From contig JBBDXL010000179.1 of NCBI GenBank assembly GCA_040902335.1, forward strand, positions 4,775 to 68,774: 64,000 nt of DNA, given 5' to 3'. Below are positions 62,765-64,000 of this stretch, piece after piece. Each line of letters begins with the position of its first letter. The stretch's first letter is position 1. The translations under genes and the position numbers were made by a program. The notes under the pieces were generated by a model. The model ran no database searches. It was given only the letters and a program-made list of their open reading frames with translations, and was not told where the DNA came from. This stretch comes from Burkholderiales bacterium (GTDB taxonomy: Bacteria > Pseudomonadota > Gammaproteobacteria > Burkholderiales > SG8-39).

Positions 62765-63055
62765 CTACTTCCGGCGGGCCCAATACTCCGGCCTTCTTGC
62801 ATGGTGGGCAAGGGCAACCACCCGCAGTTCCTCGCCCCGTACGTAATAAACGACGCTAAAGGGAAATCTTCTTAGGGGCAGGCGGCGCCGCTTTCTCCAA
62901 GGAGCACCTAGTTGCGGATGTGCGCAAAGCAGCGCGAGCGCCCTCTCGAACTCCGTGATGAAGGCGGTCCCGAGGTCGGCGCCGCCTTCCCGGGCATAGT
63001 AGAGGGCTCCTTCGGTCAGCTCCCGATCTGCTTCGGGGCCGACCGACGGATTCAT
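62765..63055 (-). CDS. ParE/RelE-family type II toxin
   Basis: From ATG 63055: MNPSVGPEADRELTEGALYYAREGGADLGTAFITEFERALALLCAHPQLGAP...FPFSVVYYVRGEELRVVALAHHARRPEYW. ATGA overlap with the antitoxin stop. Confidence 0.8.
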   Translation of the reverse strand: MNPSVGPEADRELTEGALYYAREGGADLGTAFITEFERALALLCAHPQLGAPWRKRRRLPLRRFPFSVVYYVRGEELRVVALAHHARRPEYWARRK

Positions 63056-63276
63056 TTCAGCGCGGCTCGCGCCCGGGCGATTGCTTCCGCCGCCGAAGTG
63101 AGCTTGGAGCGGCCTTCCTCGATGTCCTTGATCCGCCGCTCGACCTCGGCCGCCCAAGCTTCCTCGATCTCCGAATCCTCGAACAGGCTCGCGATAAGTC
63201 GATCCGCGAGCTGGGCGCGCTCCTCGGCCGTGAGCTTCAGCGCTTCCTCTTCGATCAACTTCAGTTGGCTGGACAT
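63052..63276 (-). CDS. Addiction-module antitoxin (TIGR02574-like)
   Basis: 74 aa: ..LKLTAEERAQLADRLIASL....EIEEAWAAEVERRIKDIEEGRSKL. Confidence 0.8.
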   Translation of the reverse strand: MSSQLKLIEEEALKLTAEERAQLADRLIASLFEDSEIEEAWAAEVERRIKDIEEGRSKLTSAAEAIARARAALK

Positions 63277-63283
63277 GATTGGG

Positions 63284-63499
63284 TTACCCCCGCCTGGGGG
63301 AGATCATACGCCTGCCGGTTCGCGGTCCGATCCGCCAAAACGCGGGCGCGCCGCGCTCAGCACGGGCCGGTTGCAGCAGCTGACTGCCGATCACGGCCGA
63401 CGAGATCACCAGATTGTCGTCACGCAGCAGGCTGATGATAGTGCGCGCGCGCGCGGTGTTCGGGAGGGCGAGCAGGAGGAGGAGGAAGAGCAGCCTCAC
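63284..63499 (-). CDS. Small hypothetical protein with a signal-peptide-like N-terminus
   Basis: From GTG 63499 (GTGA overlap with the DUF1272 stop): VRLLFLLLLLALPNTARARTIISLLRDDNLVISSAVIGSQLL... Support is weak. Confidence 0.3.
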   Translation of the reverse strand: MRLLFLLLLLALPNTARARTIISLLRDDNLVISSAVIGSQLLQPARAERGAPAFWRIGPRTGRRMISPRRG

Positions 63500-63744
63500 G
63501 CCGCCCTCTTGCAGCCGTCGGGCTTGTGGATGCGCTCGGTCGAGGCGGGGTACGTGGTCAGCTTTTCCCCGGGTCTTCTCGGGCGCTGCAGCAGCTCGCC
63601 GCCGCAGTTCGGGCATGTGCATTTCAGGATTTGCGTGACGCAGTTGCGGCAGAAGGTGCATTCGAAGGAACAGATGAAGGCGTCCGTCGAATCGGGCGGG
63701 AGGTCGAGGTTGCAGCATTCGCAGGAGGGGCGGAGTTGGAGCAT
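63496..63744 (-). CDS. DUF1272-domain Cys-rich (zinc-ribbon-like) protein
   Basis: 82 aa: MLQLRPSCECCNLDLPPDSTDAFICSFECTFCRNCVTQILKCTCPNCGGELLQRPRRP. Confidence 0.8.
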   Translation of the reverse strand: MLQLRPSCECCNLDLPPDSTDAFICSFECTFCRNCVTQILKCTCPNCGGELLQRPRRPGEKLTTYPASTERIHKPDGCKRAA

Positions 63745-63836
63745 GCGGGTTTCCGTAACAATCAGTATGCGTTAGGTCGAGGTGTCCACATTATTGGCTG
63801 AGGTTCTGCGTGCTCCTGCGAGCTGCAGTTAGGGGT

Positions 63837-64000
63837 TCACAAATCGTGTGGCCCATAGAGCTGCTCGATCGTCTTGAGTGTGTTCTCAAACAGACGGCGT
63901 GCTTCCTCTCTCTCAACACTGCGCCGAGCATGAAGAACGGCGGATAGGTCGGCGTAAAGAGCGGTTAATTGTTGACGAAGCTTACCGGACGACACCCTGT
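63837..64000 (-). CDS. Partial hypothetical ORF (C-terminal 53 codons), 5' end off-window
   Basis: My translation is ..SGKLRQQLTALYADLSAVLHARRSVEREEARRLFENTLKTIEQLYGPHDL*. GC is lower than the chromosome background. I recognised no domain. Confidence 0.35.
   Translation of the reverse strand, partial: RVSSGKLRQQLTALYADLSAVLHARRSVEREEARRLFENTLKTIEQLYGPHDL

Overview
High-GC (roughly 68-70% by eye) proteobacterial chromosome segment. The gene order trxB-ftsK-lolA-rarA-serS, bamD-rluD-pgeF, phaC-phaA-phaB-phaR and prfB-lysS looks betaproteobacterial; that assignment is inference from synteny only. Housekeeping blocks are interrupted by three accessory patches. (1) 11.05-13.46 kb is a decayed islet in tRNA-Ser(CGA). 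It has an intact tRNA at the left end and a 60-nt duplicate of the tRNA 3' half at the right end. Inside are a truncated tyrosine-integrase fragment and a long Fic-domain protein preceded by four exact-phase 23-bp tandem repeats. (2) 15.4-34.0 kb is an ~18.3-kb metabolic segment bracketed by ~195-bp direct repeats that carry reciprocal truncated copies of a divergent gene pair. It holds a 2-aminoethylphosphonate (AEP) locus (phnX, phnW, AEP-type ABC transporter) extended by a class-III aminotransferase, a fused FAD/GcvT dimethylglycine-dehydrogenase-like enzyme, an EamA exporter and a 2-hydroxyacid dehydrogenase. It also holds a HAD phosphatase / glutamine-synthetase-like / SDR / aldehyde dehydrogenase / class-I amidotransferase cassette, with a glycine riboswitch aptamer directly in front of the amidotransferase gene. 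The segment carries gene wrecks: an internally deleted MaoC gene and a Na/Pi-cotransporter C-terminal fragment. (3) 61.1-64.0 kb, next to prfB, is a toxin-antitoxin-rich islet: DUF433 plus a truncated PIN-like toxin, DUF4926/DUF6883, ParE/RelE plus antitoxin, and a deletion-derivative copy of that last module. Other points are the prfB +1 frameshift site, an fbp iron-uptake locus with the permease gene on the opposite strand and Fur-box-like promoter elements, an orphan molybdo-hydroxylase large subunit, tandem phaB paralogues and several -10 hexamers placed for leaderless mRNAs. I saw no rRNA, CRISPR array or transposase. Many long ORFs in the track are antisense shadows of real genes, as expected at this GC content. 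All homology calls come from reading the translations by eye; no database search was run.
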